Shown piece by piece: positions 12,811-26,885 of a stretch of DNA of 64,000 bases. The stretch comes from Eledone cirrhosa (Eukaryota), in assembly GCA_964016885.1 (NCBI GenBank), contig OZ024740.1, positions 234,484,001 through 234,548,000 of the forward strand, given 5' to 3'. How positions within the stretch are numbered: position 1 is the stretch's first letter; each line of letters opens with the position of its first letter. Both the position numbers and the translations under genes were made by a program. The notes under the pieces were generated by a model. That model was given only the letters and a program-made list of their open reading frames with translations. It did not search any database and was not told the origin of the DNA.

Positions 12811-13059
12811 TCTAGTAGTTATCTCTTGTTCCTAAATATGATGTAACGGCCACGAGTCCAAGAGAAACTACATTTCCTGTCAATATTGGTGTGTCTCTCA
12901 GGTTTGCAAGAAATATGGCCATGTGTACCCTTTTATCCTTCAAGATCTACGTCTATGTAAGCCTCCAATTAGCTTTTAATATCAATGGAACGGATTTTCT
13001 CTATACTTTAGTCAAGCACCCCAAATGATTGTACCAGCATTATGAGATATCTGTTTATA

Positions 13060-14190
<1,131 letters not shown>

Positions 14191-15414
14191 GAAGGTCCGA
14201 CTGTTGTATTCTTTTAAAGGCTCGTATAATACTCTTTGTTCAAAGCGCCTTTGTATGATATATTCAAATGCGGAACAAGGAAAATAGAGAGAATATTGAT
14301 AGTAATGCTTTTCTATTGAAAAGTGGTTTTGCCACGTTCAACTATGAATTATGAACATTCCTTTTGGCCAAATTCCATCCTTATATCAACCGAAATTGTT
14401 ATTAAATCAAGCTTTTTCTCTGCATATTTGTAATATAGACATTTATATAGTAAACGAAATGAATTAATACTAAAATAAATATAAGCACACATTGAATGTC
14501 TCCTTGAGACGCTCAGTGAGACAATCATTGTACTTTCGGTAATTATTGGGTCGTCAAGTATGAAATTTGTAGAAATTTGTAGAAGAAAAACAAATTTCTA
14601 CAAATTTCATACTTGACAACCCAATAGTTGAAATAACTATGATCATTTAACATATAATGTTTAAGAAAACGATAGGTTTATAGTTTTCTGCCAAATGTGC
14701 GATTTCTTCTTTCCAAATGTGTGATTTCTTCATACGTATAAATCCAGGGTTTATACGTATTATGACAAGCGAATTTAGTTTGGTAACTTGGACATCAATA
14801 GTTATTTTAAATATGTAATATTGTATAGCCGCAGTCTAATGAGAGAAACTAGAAAAAAAAGAATAAAAGAATACACATGAGTGGTCATATGTAGAATGTC
14901 AGCGTCTCTATTATTATGTGTCTATTCAGACATTTCTTGGTCACTTACCATTATGCAGCTTTCCGACAGCATTACGAAGATTTTGAAGTCGATAGTCCAC
15001 GATTTGCCATTGTTGGCATATTTCTTTCCTTTCTGATTGTATTCAGCCATAATATATAATGGCTGAAATTCTTCCTTTCATTTCCAGATCTTAGACATAG
15101 AGATTTTATATACCACTATACATATATGATTTCATATATTTATTCATATACATCCGAATGGATGCAGTAAAAACCAGTTAGACCATTTCTCACCAGAGTA
15201 CTCGATAATTGGGGAAGTAGAGTGGGTAATATATGTGTATAAAGAGAGAGAAGTGTGTGTGAGAGTGAGACAGAGAGAAAGAGAGAAAGGGGGTGTAAAG
15301 TATCTCGAACGCGGGAAAATAACTGTCAACACAGATTAGAAAATCGGGTAAAATACCCCTGTAGACAAATTTCTATATATTTCAATTCATACGACGGTCC
15401 AATGTTTATTTACA

Positions 15415-15446
<32 letters not shown>

Positions 15447-15724
15447 ATTGTTATACTTTGGGAGGGTCATGTTGCCAATAAGAAACATACGTACCTTTTG
15501 GTTTTCACTTCAATTTATTATAAATTTTAAAAAATTTATAAATTTCCGGTTGGTTGTTCATATATTGTAACACATGCGCAAACTAAGCACACAACACACA
15601 CAAAAACAAGATGGCGTAGGACAGAACAAAGGAGAGGCGCAAAACAAAGAAGAAAAGAATCCCCAGTCACTGAAGAGGTCACAGAATGTGTAACGAAAGA
15701 ACTTTGACAATATATGAACATATT
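15447..15724. mobile_element. PLE pLTR remnant (inverted piece plus direct piece); HHR at 15665-15708
   Basis: Similar to 218-330 followed by similarity to 5235-5385. Flanks are (TA)n. Confidence 0.8.
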
Positions 15725-15732
15725 TTATATTA

Positions 15733-15785
<53 letters not shown>

Positions 15786-15786
15786 C

Positions 15787-15886
<100 letters not shown>

Positions 15887-15888
15887 GG

Positions 15889-15925
<37 letters not shown>

Positions 15926-16052
15926 TTTCGAGTCAAAACAAAATAGGTCTTATATTTACTGATGATGGTCTCTTTAGACCAACAATTCTTCTGATTAAGA
16001 CTATATTTTAATTCATTTTATGCATTGTTTTGGTCTTTTAATAATTTAACAT

Positions 16053-16143
<91 letters not shown>

Positions 16144-16679
16144 CGTATGAATATGTATGCGGCGTTTCTTTCTCGTAGTCGCCTTTGTGAGCTCTAGTGC
16201 TCATAGTTCTCGGACTACTGGTTTACTCAACTAATCGAGATAAAGGTGTCGCAGCTGAGAAATTAGCCCTGTGTGGTGGAATGGTTGATATAGAGAATAT
16301 CATTGGTTGTCCTCCGTGGTAACCCTCTTGCCATCTTGCTTGGGACCGTGTAGAGTTTTTCTCCCCTCTATTTTGTTAATTATTTTTTTAATCTAAATTT
16401 TAATTATTTTATGAATTCTAAATAACCTATTCTAAAATATATTGTATTATATATTATAGAGTATTATGTGCGTTACCGACTCTTCTTTGTGTGAACATGG
16501 CTGAACATAAGATTACGTCAATCAGCTCTACTATACTTAGATTCTAAGAACAATCTAAATCGCTACCATCCATTTACTGGCGACTTCTTGTACTCCTGTA
16601 TATTTATCTACCTGACATCATGGCGTGTGCTGGCTTATAAAGCAAGGGCATACCATGGTGTCTGAATATGGTATGGTAT

Positions 16680-16991
16680 GGAGTCTTAGGCGCATCGTGT
16701 TGACGTACAGCGTTTCTCGGGCATTTTAATCTTGGAGGAACCCATCCCTCTTCCGGCCTGAGTACAACAGATTTCTTCCAGAGAAGGATAGAAAGTGAGA
16801 GAGGGGAAAAGAGAAAGAGATATAGAGGAAGAGTCTAGCTCAGTACTAGACTGGTACATTTTAATCGACCTTAAATGGATGAAAGGTAAAGTTGACTTCG
16901 ATGGGATTTGAATTCAGAGAGAAGGGGAGACAGGACGAATACCACAAAGCACTCTATCCGATGTTCTAACGACTCCGCCAGTTCGCCGCCT
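16680..16991 (-). mobile_element. Long-form SINE
   Basis: gactggtacattttaatcgacc...gatgaaaggtaaagttgac...gatttgaattcag, head aggcggcgaactggcggagtcgttagaac. Confidence 0.65.
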
Positions 16992-16998
16992 ATGGTGT

Positions 16999-17316
16999 CT
17001 GGATAGGAATTGGAAGAGCGCGCGCTCCATCTTGGTGAGGGTTTCCCTTGGGCAGGGCACTACGGTCAGGCGGTAGTAGATGACGGACGCTATGTAGGTG
17101 TTCGCCACCTCCGCCCGACCTTTCAGGGATAGTTTGCAACTGGCCCACTTCTGGGTCAGTGCAAACACCCTGTTCGTAACCTCCGCCCAGTTTTTCTCCA
17201 CCTGGAGGTCCGGTCCGAACCAGACCCCGAGCAACTTCACCGGGCCCTCCGTCCAGCGTCCGACGACGCCATCGGAGGGCATCGGTCTGCCCCTCCACGT
17301 GCCGAGTTGCAAACCG
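16999..17316 (-). pseudogene. Tx1/L1-clade ORF2 fragment (post-RT region)
   Basis: GLQLGTWRGRPMPSDGVVGRWTEGPVKLLGVWFG... matches 37110-37430. Confidence 0.85.
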
Positions 17317-18481
17317 AACACACAAATCATCATGAATGATATGTTTACTTACAAGGTATCATGAGATATGTTTATCTGTAAAAATCATTGTTGGGTGTGT
17401 TTCTCTGTGAAATATACCACAGATACATTTTATAATGCTATTATAATGTAATTTTACTTTACACATACATAATATCACTTTCCGTCCATTGCATATTTTA
17501 CCACCTGTGTAACCAACATGCCGCTAACATCCATCCATCAATATCAACCTCCCTCCGCATCTATCCGTCCACCATCTAATGATGACGCATTAAAACTACT
17601 CCAAATCAATCCACCTACATAACCATGGGATGTTTCTCCAACCAGCCACATATCCACTCATTTCCTTATACTTTAGCATCCACAAACTGACCAACATTTA
17701 CCCAAACATTCAACAAACCACCCACCACCACCACCACCACCACCACCATTACCATCACCACTACTTTCATCATCATCATCATCATCATCGTCATCATCAT
17801 TGCTATCATCAGTAACGTCATCACATCATCATCGTTGTCATGGTCATCATCATGTACATTCACCCACATCATTACTGTCACCCACATTCCATTTCAATTT
17901 CCTCATCTCAAGGACTTCCTTTCATCCGTATCTCTCTAAATCCCTTCCTATCAGACATGCATCCACTTCTTTTTCTTCTCATTCCTCCTCCTTCTCCTCC
18001 CCCTTCTCCCCCCCCCTCTTCCTCTGCCCCCCCATCGCTTCTATTCTCCTCTTTGAGGAACAGGATATAAAATATGGTGTTTATCAACAACAGCTTCCAG
18101 ACACTTCATATGGAAATGTCAGTATTGATACGTTAGTTTGGAATCCACCTACAGCAATCGGTCGAATGTCGAGGTGGATAGCAAAACCCGTCTACGTGCT
18201 GTCGTTATCATTGATGATGTCATCACGATGTGAAGGTTGCAGAGGGAAAATACACGTTCTTATGATGTGTTTGTGTGTGTGAAGGCGGGCAGAGTGGTAG
18301 AATCTTTACACCGTCGGATGAAATAATTTGCGATGTTTAGTTATGACTTTTTACGTTCTGTGTTCAAATCTCGCCGATCTGAACACAGATAATGTAAAGC
18401 ACCACACACGTACTGGGATAGATGTAATCGATTTTCTCATGTAATCCCCTCTGCTCAAAATTGTTGACTGTGCGCCTAAAT

Positions 18482-18827
18482 CAGAAACCAGTATGTATAT
18501 GTGCGCGCGTATGTTTATATGTGTGCGAATATGTCCAGAAACCAGTATGTATATGTGCGCGCGTATGTTTATATGTGTGCGAATATGTCCAGAAACCAGT
18601 ATGTATATGTGCGCGCGTATGTTTATATGTGTGCGAATATGTCCAGAAACCAGTATGTATATGTGCGCGCGTATGTTTATATGTGTGCGAATATGTCCAG
18701 AAACCAGTATGTATATGTGCGCGCGTATGTTTATATGTGTGCGAATATGTCCAGAAACCAGTATGTATATGTGCGCGCGTATGTTTATATGTGTGCGAAT
18801 ATGTCCAGAAACCAGTATGTATATGTG
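18482..18827. repeat. 54-bp minisatellite, about 6.4 near-identical copies
   Basis: Unit cagaaaccagtatgtatatgtgcgcgcgtatgtttatatgtgtgcgaatatgtc. It begins at the tail of a degenerate SINE (about 18284-18490). Confidence 0.95.
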
Positions 18828-19257
18828 TTCGTGTGTGTGCAGGAGCTTTCTTGCATGTGAGTTCAGTGTGTGAGGGTTAGACTATGGATGTATGTGTGGG
18901 GGGATAAGCGGATTTTAATGTGTGAGTCTGTGTATTTATGAGCTTGATTGTATATGAGTGCATTTGTGAGTGCATGTATGTCGAGTAGGTTTTATGTTTG
19001 TGTGAGCATATTTAAATGAATGTTTGTGCGTGAAAAGTAGTATAAGTGACATGTATAAATGATGGTGCCTTTAGATGATGGTATGTGAATGGATGCTTCG
19101 ATGATTGTGTGTGTATGTGTGAGTGTATGGACAGTGAATGAGAGTGTATGGACAGATGATGATATGTTTGTGTGCGTGCAGGCAAGTCAATAGTGTGTGA
19201 ATAACTGAAGTATGTATCCGTGTGTATGTGGATGATGGTTTATGAATAGGTATGTTA

Positions 19258-19345
<88 letters not shown>

Positions 19346-19525
19346 CGTGTGTGTGTGTGTTTGCAATTATTTGCCTTTCGTATTTTTCTACCGCATTGTA
19401 CCGGCTTTTAAAAAAGGAATTTATCGGTCTTTTATTACACACACACACACATACACATATATATATTTTTCTTTTTTCTAATTCCACCCCGCCCGTCCCT
19501 TCAATCTATCTAATTTCTCATTCTT

Positions 19526-19561
19526 TCTTCTGGTAAAGGACTAGCGTCCGAAACGTTAAGA
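19526..19561 (+). ncRNA. Decayed minimal HHR
   Basis: TCTT CTGGTAA a GGAC tagc GTCC GAAAC GTT^AAGA, with a mutated core. Confidence 0.5.
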
Positions 19562-19649
19562 CCCTCTTCCTGCTATTTCAAGCGTTAATCTAATATATTC
19601 CTTCCATATACTGTACCGATTGTGTTGTTATTTCTGTTTACCTTTTACA

Positions 19650-19725
<76 letters not shown>

Positions 19726-19734
<9 letters not shown>

Positions 19735-19916
19735 AAATATTTGGTAAACCGATACGTGCTACGTGCATATATATATATGTGTGCATGTATGTATATATAT
19801 ACATACTACTGTACGTCTGTATACATATATGTATGTACGTATACATACATACATACTTACATTTAAGTAAGTCCCGTACTAAGAGTGAGAAATGAAATTT
19901 CGTTTCATTCTATTCC

Positions 19917-19921
<5 letters not shown>
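19726..19921 (+). mobile_element. Partial copy of the 445-bp retrozyme-like unit
   Basis: Matches about 8338-8517 and ends at the same ccattt|atat junction. Confidence 0.85.
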
Positions 19922-19962
<41 letters not shown>

Positions 19963-19994
19963 ATTTGAATGGATACAGTTTAGTTGAAAGGAAT

Positions 19995-20115
19995 TTATTG
20001 ACATGTGTTTCTATAACAGTTACATAACCTGAAAACAGCTGCTATCTACAAAGTATTAGTTATGCAGACATTCAATATTTCAATGTTATTATTTACTGTC
20101 ATTTCATCAGAATAA
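19995..20115 (-). ncRNA. Type I HHR with long stem II
   Basis: Reverse complement TTATT CTGATGA a ATGACAGT...ACTGTTAT a GAAAC acat GTC^AATAA. Confidence 0.65.
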
Positions 20116-20370
20116 TATTACTGAGGACCTGTTTGGTTTTTATAGAGAATATTAGGAGGGAGGGGTGAAGTTGTTAGAAGAATATTACAACACAATGGAA
20201 AATACTGTATATATATATATGTGTGTGTGTGAAAAAATGGGGAGAAGAATACTGCATGGTTGCACATGGATAACATGTTATAAAATGAGTCCCTCATCAG
20301 TGATTTACCAACGGTCATAGGTATTTCATTGCATTAAAAATCATATACCATATATACATATATATATACA

Positions 20371-20750
20371 AACAGCGAGAATATATAGTTTTCCCGTCTG
20401 TGTAAATGAGGTGATTAATCTCATTTGCATATGAAGCTGCATAAGTTGAGCCAACCTATGCAGCTTCATATGCAAATGAGATTAATCACCTCATTTACAC
20501 AGACGGGAAAACTATATATTCTCGGCTGTTTTCAAGTCCAGCAGTCGTAGAGCAGTGGGAGGGATCGTCCTGACGATGACCAGTCAAGCCTGAAATGCAT
20601 AGACGGTTGTCCCCCTTGCTTCTGCTGAACAACGTTAGCCTCCCCGGTGTTCGCATAGCTACGGCTTCCTAAAATCGTATTTCTTTCGAAATACGAAATT
20701 TATATACATATTGTATAAAGCTATGCTTGAAGCGAAATCCTATTTCTTTT
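20371..20750 (+). mobile_element. Foldback element (about 75-bp arms) followed by a type I HHR at 20563-20608
   Basis: Near-perfect palindrome about 20371-20530. GATCGTC CTGACGA ... GAAAT gc ATA^GACGGTT. Confidence 0.7.
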
Positions 20751-20960
20751 ATATATATATACATATATATATATACATATATATGTATACATATATATTG
20801 TGTGTGTGGATGAAATGTTACTAATTGAGACTAGCATGGCCATTATTCAACTTAATATTTCATACTTTAAAGAAAATAGATTGTAGATATTATTATAAAT
20901 AATAATATGATCCATCGAAATGTCTTCAGCATGACAGTAGAACTTATATGTCTGACAATA

Positions 20961-21002
<42 letters not shown>

Positions 21003-21007
<5 letters not shown>

Positions 21008-21669
21008 AATATGATAATAAGGGCGCTGCGGAGTTGCAAATGGGTTACATATGAAAAAAGTTTGTCCTTCATCAGTGATCTTCCAACTATCATAAGCATT
21101 TCATCGCTTTAAAGACCATATACCTCCGGTTGGTGCGAGCAACGGCTAAAAAAAGTCGTTGGGACACGTAAATAAAGGGGACGCGAGGGTAAACAAACAA
21201 AATGGTGAGGCAACAGAAAGTGAGGAATAAGGAGACAAGTCCCAGATTTCTATGAATTTAAGTTCGGTGAAATCGTGAACGAGAGAATAAAGACCATCAA
21301 ACCTGGTTGAAATGTGAGCAAGGAAGGAATTTCGCACAGGTCTAATGGGAGGAAGAAGGGGTCTGGTCTGCGAATTCGGTAAACATAACTTCTGTGAAAT
21401 CGTAGACGAGAGAGAGAAAAAATTCCGACCAGCTTGGCCGAGAATGTGAGAGAAAAGAATTACTCACAGGTCAAACGGGAAGAAAGAGGAGGAGGAGGAG
21501 AGGTAGTGACAGAGAATGAGTGAGTGAAGGGTGAGGTGAGGAAGAGGCTAACAGAGAGAGAGACTGCTAGAAAGGGTAAAGATACATAGAACGAAAAAGA
21601 CGGTGTAGCAGCAGAGGAAAAAATATGTGTAAATATGATAATAAGGGCGCTGCGGAGTTGCAAATGGGT

Positions 21670-21675
<6 letters not shown>
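21003..21675 (-). mobile_element. About 624-bp monomer plus about 48-bp terminal direct repeat in (TA)n, pLTR/retrozyme-like
   Basis: tgtaaatatgataataagggcgctgcggagttgcaaatgggttacatat occurs at 21004 and 21628. A diverged relative is at about 20230-20352. Confidence 0.65.
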
Positions 21676-21720
<45 letters not shown>

Positions 21721-21735
21721 ATAGATATATACCTG

Positions 21736-21789
<54 letters not shown>

Positions 21790-22837
21790 TTTAAAGCTTG
21801 GCGTACAGTAAAGTACATCAGTGCATCATGAGATGTGTTTAATTATATGTCATCACAGGATGTATTTATCTACCAGACATCATGGCACGCGCTTACTTAC
21901 AAAGCAAAGACATGCTATGATGTCAGAATATGTTTACTTACAAAGCATCATGGGTGGTTTGTTTAGTTACAAGGCATCAGGGTATGTGATTCTTTTTAGA
22001 AGATACCATGGGATGAGTTTACTTACAAAGGTGAGTATCTATACTACGTTCCATGATATGCTGGCTTCCGATGCATTGTGGGATATGTTTCTATTACAAA
22101 GCATTATAGAATGTGTTTGCTTACAATCGCGAAACTTGTATTCTTAAGGAGAAAGTTGATGTAGCGGTGTTTTATACGAACATCTGTCATAGCTGCCTCA
22201 GTAGCTTGAATGTCTGAGCTAAAATACCTGAATGGTAGGCAGTCCGTATACTATTAGCTTCAACACAGTCTCTTTCAAAAGCACAAAAATGCAATCACTG
22301 TACATATCCCTATAAGTTTTCGTATAACTATCCAAAAGAAGGCCTTTCAATTGATTGGCAATGATTCACTCACCTTCAAACTACAATCCTAACCCTAACC
22401 CTTATCCCCCCCCAAAAAAAAATCCCACTTTATTGTCTTAGAAATGGAAGATTCCACTAAATAATAATAATTCGGGGTTCATGACTGAATAAAATATAAG
22501 ATGATTACCGCTAGAATTCGTAAAATCACAGGTTTACAGATGTGGTGAGCGGCTTTCTCTCTGTGCCTCTTACGCCATTAATAAATAGGCTAGCACTTCT
22601 ACAATAACCCACACAAAACATTCGTCTCTTTTCCTACTATCACCACTATTAATTGTGCTACATCTTCACAAATGATACACTAAATATTCCCCATCCTCCT
22701 CATTCTTCTTCTCCGGAACAATAAAGCGCAAGAGCACTCGCCTATGTTCTACGAGCAGAGATCAACATACAGGGAGTCAAAGAGAGCACCAACGATACAT
22801 AGGTCATTCTCCGACCGTTTAATAAATATAGATATAT

Positions 22838-23046
22838 ATTGAGTAATGAATTCATCCATCAGGAGTTGTGTACCCATCGGCTCATAACTCCTGACCGTTA
22901 AATAAATATAAACTGAGTAATGAATTCATCCATCAGGAGTTGTGTACCCATCGGCTCATAACTCCTGACCGTTAAATAAATATAAACTGAGTAATGGATT
23001 CATCCATCAGGAGTTATGAGCCGAGGGATCATAACTCCTGATGGAG
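22838..23046. repeat. About 75-bp tandem repeat with internal hairpin and a terminal inversion
   Basis: tgagtaatgaattcatccatcaggagttgtgtacccatcggctcataactcctgaccg repeated about 2.4 times, then inverted. Confidence 0.85.
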
Positions 23047-23116
23047 CTGTAGAGGTGTGCGTTTTGAACATTTAAATCTGGTGGACCCCATCCCTATCCA
23101 GGTTGAATAAAGCCGG

Positions 23117-23150
<34 letters not shown>

Positions 23151-25051
23151 TCCAGAGATAGAGAAGTGAGAAATAGGGAGAGTTCCTTTATTTGTTGACC
23201 TCCAAAACGCGAAAGGCATCGTTAAGCTCGGCGCCATTTAAAATGAGAGTGGAGATAGCTGCATACTCTCCACCATTCTGTCGACTCTGGCAATTCGCTA
23301 CCTTTGAATAATTGATGGTATGGTCTGGACCCGTAATTCCTGAGGGAGTCGTAGCAGGGTGGGGTGGGGTTCACAGTAACATTTTTTAAACCTGGCGGAT
23401 TTAAACCAGTAGATTTATTCCAGAGAAGGATGAAAGGCAAAGTTGACCTCGGTGCGATTTGAACTCAGAGAGCCGAAATGAATACCACAAAGCATTCTAT
23501 CCGACGTTCTAATGACTCTTCCAATTCACCGCCTGAATAATTTATAGACAATAGCAAACCAAATTTCTCAGTCTAATTCGTTACAGAGGAACTAAACCGA
23601 GTACTCTATAAATAACAAGTACTGTGTTAGCGTGTAGTGCTCTGGGACTGAATCATCTCAAGTAAAAAAATACACTTGCCGATAAATTGATTCAACATCA
23701 ACGATGGATGAGTTGCGTAACGTAGGGTACTTTTCCTGCTAATACATTATGGTTAACTAAACCCCTACTCGATAATTTGACTTACTAGAAACAGTAGCAC
23801 GATCTCCTCCAAATCCCTCTTTACTGTCTTAGAAAAGAAGATTCCACTAAATAATGTAATCCTGGGTTCATAATGACTGAATAAAATATAGGATGATTAC
23901 CGCTAGAATTCGTCAAATCACAGGTTTGTCCAATTAAGGCAGTAAGGTAAGAGATTTGACTGTTAAAATAGGCAGCGGTTTACCTCTTTTCAGACTTACC
24001 AATACTCCCCGTAGGACGGAGCGCTTTTCCACCCACTTTGGGTTGGGTGAGAGTTGTCTTCTCTTGTAAAAATGGGTATAGCTTTCTTTATGTAAAATCT
24101 CCCCATTTTGCCTTATTCTACCCGTTTTGGGGTACTTATTTTCATGGTACTTCCCGTTTAGGGATTTAGAGGTTGGCAGGTCTGAATTTGATTCAATATA
24201 CCCTTCTTCTAGGCGGTGTTAACAAATAGTCGAAGTAGACTTTCGAACACCGAAGTGGACAAGAGTTCCGTGTCAATGACGGTCAAATATAAATCAGTTT
24301 GTCTTAAGAGTCGGGCAAATGTTTGAATGAAACACAGGATAGGCTGAATAACGAACTTGAGTCAGTAGTTGGCAGTCTTGGTGTCGAGCTGACAACAAAG
24401 ATTGAAGCATTGTTGATAAAACAATCAATTTTATGCACTTGAATAAAATATACATCTATTAATCAATTTCGCATTAGGTGTGGCTCTCTTTGGAAAAGTT
24501 TAATTAATAAGATAATGGACACCTAATTAGTTAAATGGCGGTTATCAAGAGAAAATAAGAAACTGTCTGTCCGATCAATTAATCGGCTAGAAACAACAGC
24601 TGAGTTTCTCTTAAATTCCGCCACACCGTCTTACAAAAGCAAAGGATATATTATATAAAATAGTTCTATATACCACTAAAAATGAAGGATAAACACAGCT
24701 GGGGCCCTTTTGATTATAAATTTGTTCGAATCCTCATCTCTGTCCACTTTTTCCACCTCCAGAAGTACTTTACCCGATCATCTCAACTATTATTTAGAGT
24801 GATCGATTATTACGATGATTATTTGTGTTGAGACGCAAACATCCCCCCTCCAACACACACACATATATATACATATATATTTGATTAAAGTTACCAGCAA
24901 GGCCTCCTGTTATTTTAATCAAATTAATATTCAACATTAACTATGGATGAGTTGCGTAACTTAGAGTGATTTTCCTACTATTATATCATGGTTAACTAAA
25001 CGGAATGACCAATTCTATCCATTGGTAAACCACAAAACAAGAATGAATATA

Positions 25052-25444
25052 CGAGGGCAATCCCAAAAGTAAGGTCTCCTTCCGATATTGCAACTTTTCC
25101 GTTAAAATCCTGTGGATGGTGCTTCGGGAAACCTCAGGAACCAAAATGTAGAGAGCATCCAGAGTGATACACCGATCTTTACGCATGTTTTCCTCGGAAG
25201 GAGACCTTACTTTAGGGATTGCCCTCTATATAATAACTGCGCGAAATTCGCACTTGGCGGTAGCGTTCAACGGGAGCTCCATTCTCAACGGCTGCCAGGC
25301 CAAGATTGAGCATCCCAGCGAAGCGCGCGCATGCTTGTTTGGGAGTGAAGGAAGCAGCAATCACAACAGTGTTGCTAACAGCCGTACGAACAGTTTCTCT
25401 GCGTCCCCATCGCTTTGGAGACCTTACTTTTGGGATTATCCTCG
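25052..25444 (-). mobile_element. Internally deleted mariner element
   Basis: TA-flanked TIRs cgagggcaatcccaaaagtaaggtctcc / ggagaccttacttttgggattatcctcg. Transposase HTH fragment DRCITLDAL...VSRSTIHRILTEKLQYRK. Confidence 0.85.
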
Positions 25445-26156
25445 TATATATATATATATATATATATACCCATTTTATTATGGCGTGTTACTCTGTAGTC
25501 CAGAGAAACCTTTACTAAGACCTACTAGATATAGACAAATTGTTTTACCATCACCTACTAGAGGACCTCAACATTTTACTATCGCAACTTCTTTTTTTCT
25601 TTTTGGTAAATTAAAAAATCTTCCACGGCCTTTGTTTAAATATATTCCAGTTGAAGGCACGAGACATTTGATAATTTTCTTTGGAAAATATTCTTCAGTT
25701 TTTGTTTTTAAGCAAATGTGTTACAGTCATAGCAGGCGCCTGGTTATTTATTGCTGTAGGCTAGCCCTATAATGGGCACCCCGACCCTTACGCGCATGAT
25801 TCTCCCAAATAAAATAATTTCAACTTATATATAGTTTAGTAAACTGATGAACTTAGTATTTGATCTTCTTCCTCTTACCACACTAAAACATTTACTACGC
25901 CTGCATTTTCTAATACATAGTCCATACCAACATTAAATCATGTTTTAGGTCATAACACCATACAACCCTCTCCACCGCTTTGGATATTTCCCCATCAATG
26001 CTACGTGGTAAAGATGCTTAGTGATATATTTATTGCTCACAGGAGATTGTCCTATATTTTATCTAATTATACAAATTTGTATAAAACTGACACCATAATA
26101 AAGGTCAGATTTATCGACAAGCATGAACACAACGTACCAGCAGGGCATATATATAA

Positions 26157-26231
<75 letters not shown>

Positions 26232-26414
26232 TGCTGGCATCATAACAGGATGGTAATACATGACCAGCGACTTCTCCCAATGATTGCATAACTACATCTA
26301 TGATTGCATAGGCATCTGATGAAGTCACATGCATAACCATGTAACAGAAATATATATCATGCAATAAAGCAATTATTGTGAAAATCCCGTCTTAACTACT
26401 GTTTATATACATAC

Positions 26415-26455
<41 letters not shown>

Positions 26456-26654
26456 CATAAAATGCATTCCACAAAACATGTATAAATATATCATGAGTGT
26501 GTATGTGTGTATGAGTGTGTATGTTTTATATACATATTGGTTTCAGTTATGCTCGAATGACACTTTCTAGGATAAGTTCGATTGCATCAACACCGGTTTT
26601 TTTTTATCGACTAGTTCTTATTTTATGAACTTGGAAGGGAGACCAACAAACGGC

Positions 26655-26885
26655 ACGTCTACGTTGTTGCTTGACCTACACGAATTAGCAGCCAAATAAT
26701 ATCCCTTGAATTACACCCAACCCTTCCAGAAAAAGATTATATCTAAGACTTCATTTGATAATGTAGTTTACGACACACCATGCATGAAAAAATAAAAAAA
26801 AATAATAGACTGACAGGGATGGAATGTTCTTGATCATTGGGCTATTCATTCGGAGCTGACATCGGGCTCAGGAACAACAATAACT
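26655..26885 (+). mobile_element. Old interspersed repeat with (CAA)n tail (other copies about 22420, 23760, 24560, 28780, 63220)
   Basis: Shared ...agcagccaaat...gataatgtag...ggaatg..ttgatcat...gagctgac...aacaacaa. Confidence 0.55.

Noticed and set aside
17630-17887. His-rich ORFs (also 28516-28722)
   Set aside because: (CAC/CAT)n trinucleotide repeats with no splice or domain support.
18461-18880. Cys-rich 18-aa repeat ORF, or a CRISPR-like array
   Set aside because: It is a pure tandem minisatellite with no unique spacers, no cas genes and a eukaryotic context.
22388-22403. cctaaccctaaccct as a telomeric remnant
   Set aside because: Only about two units, too short to interpret.
22838-23046. 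CTGATGG in the 75-bp repeat as a hammerhead
   Set aside because: No GAAA and no stem II in a valid arrangement.
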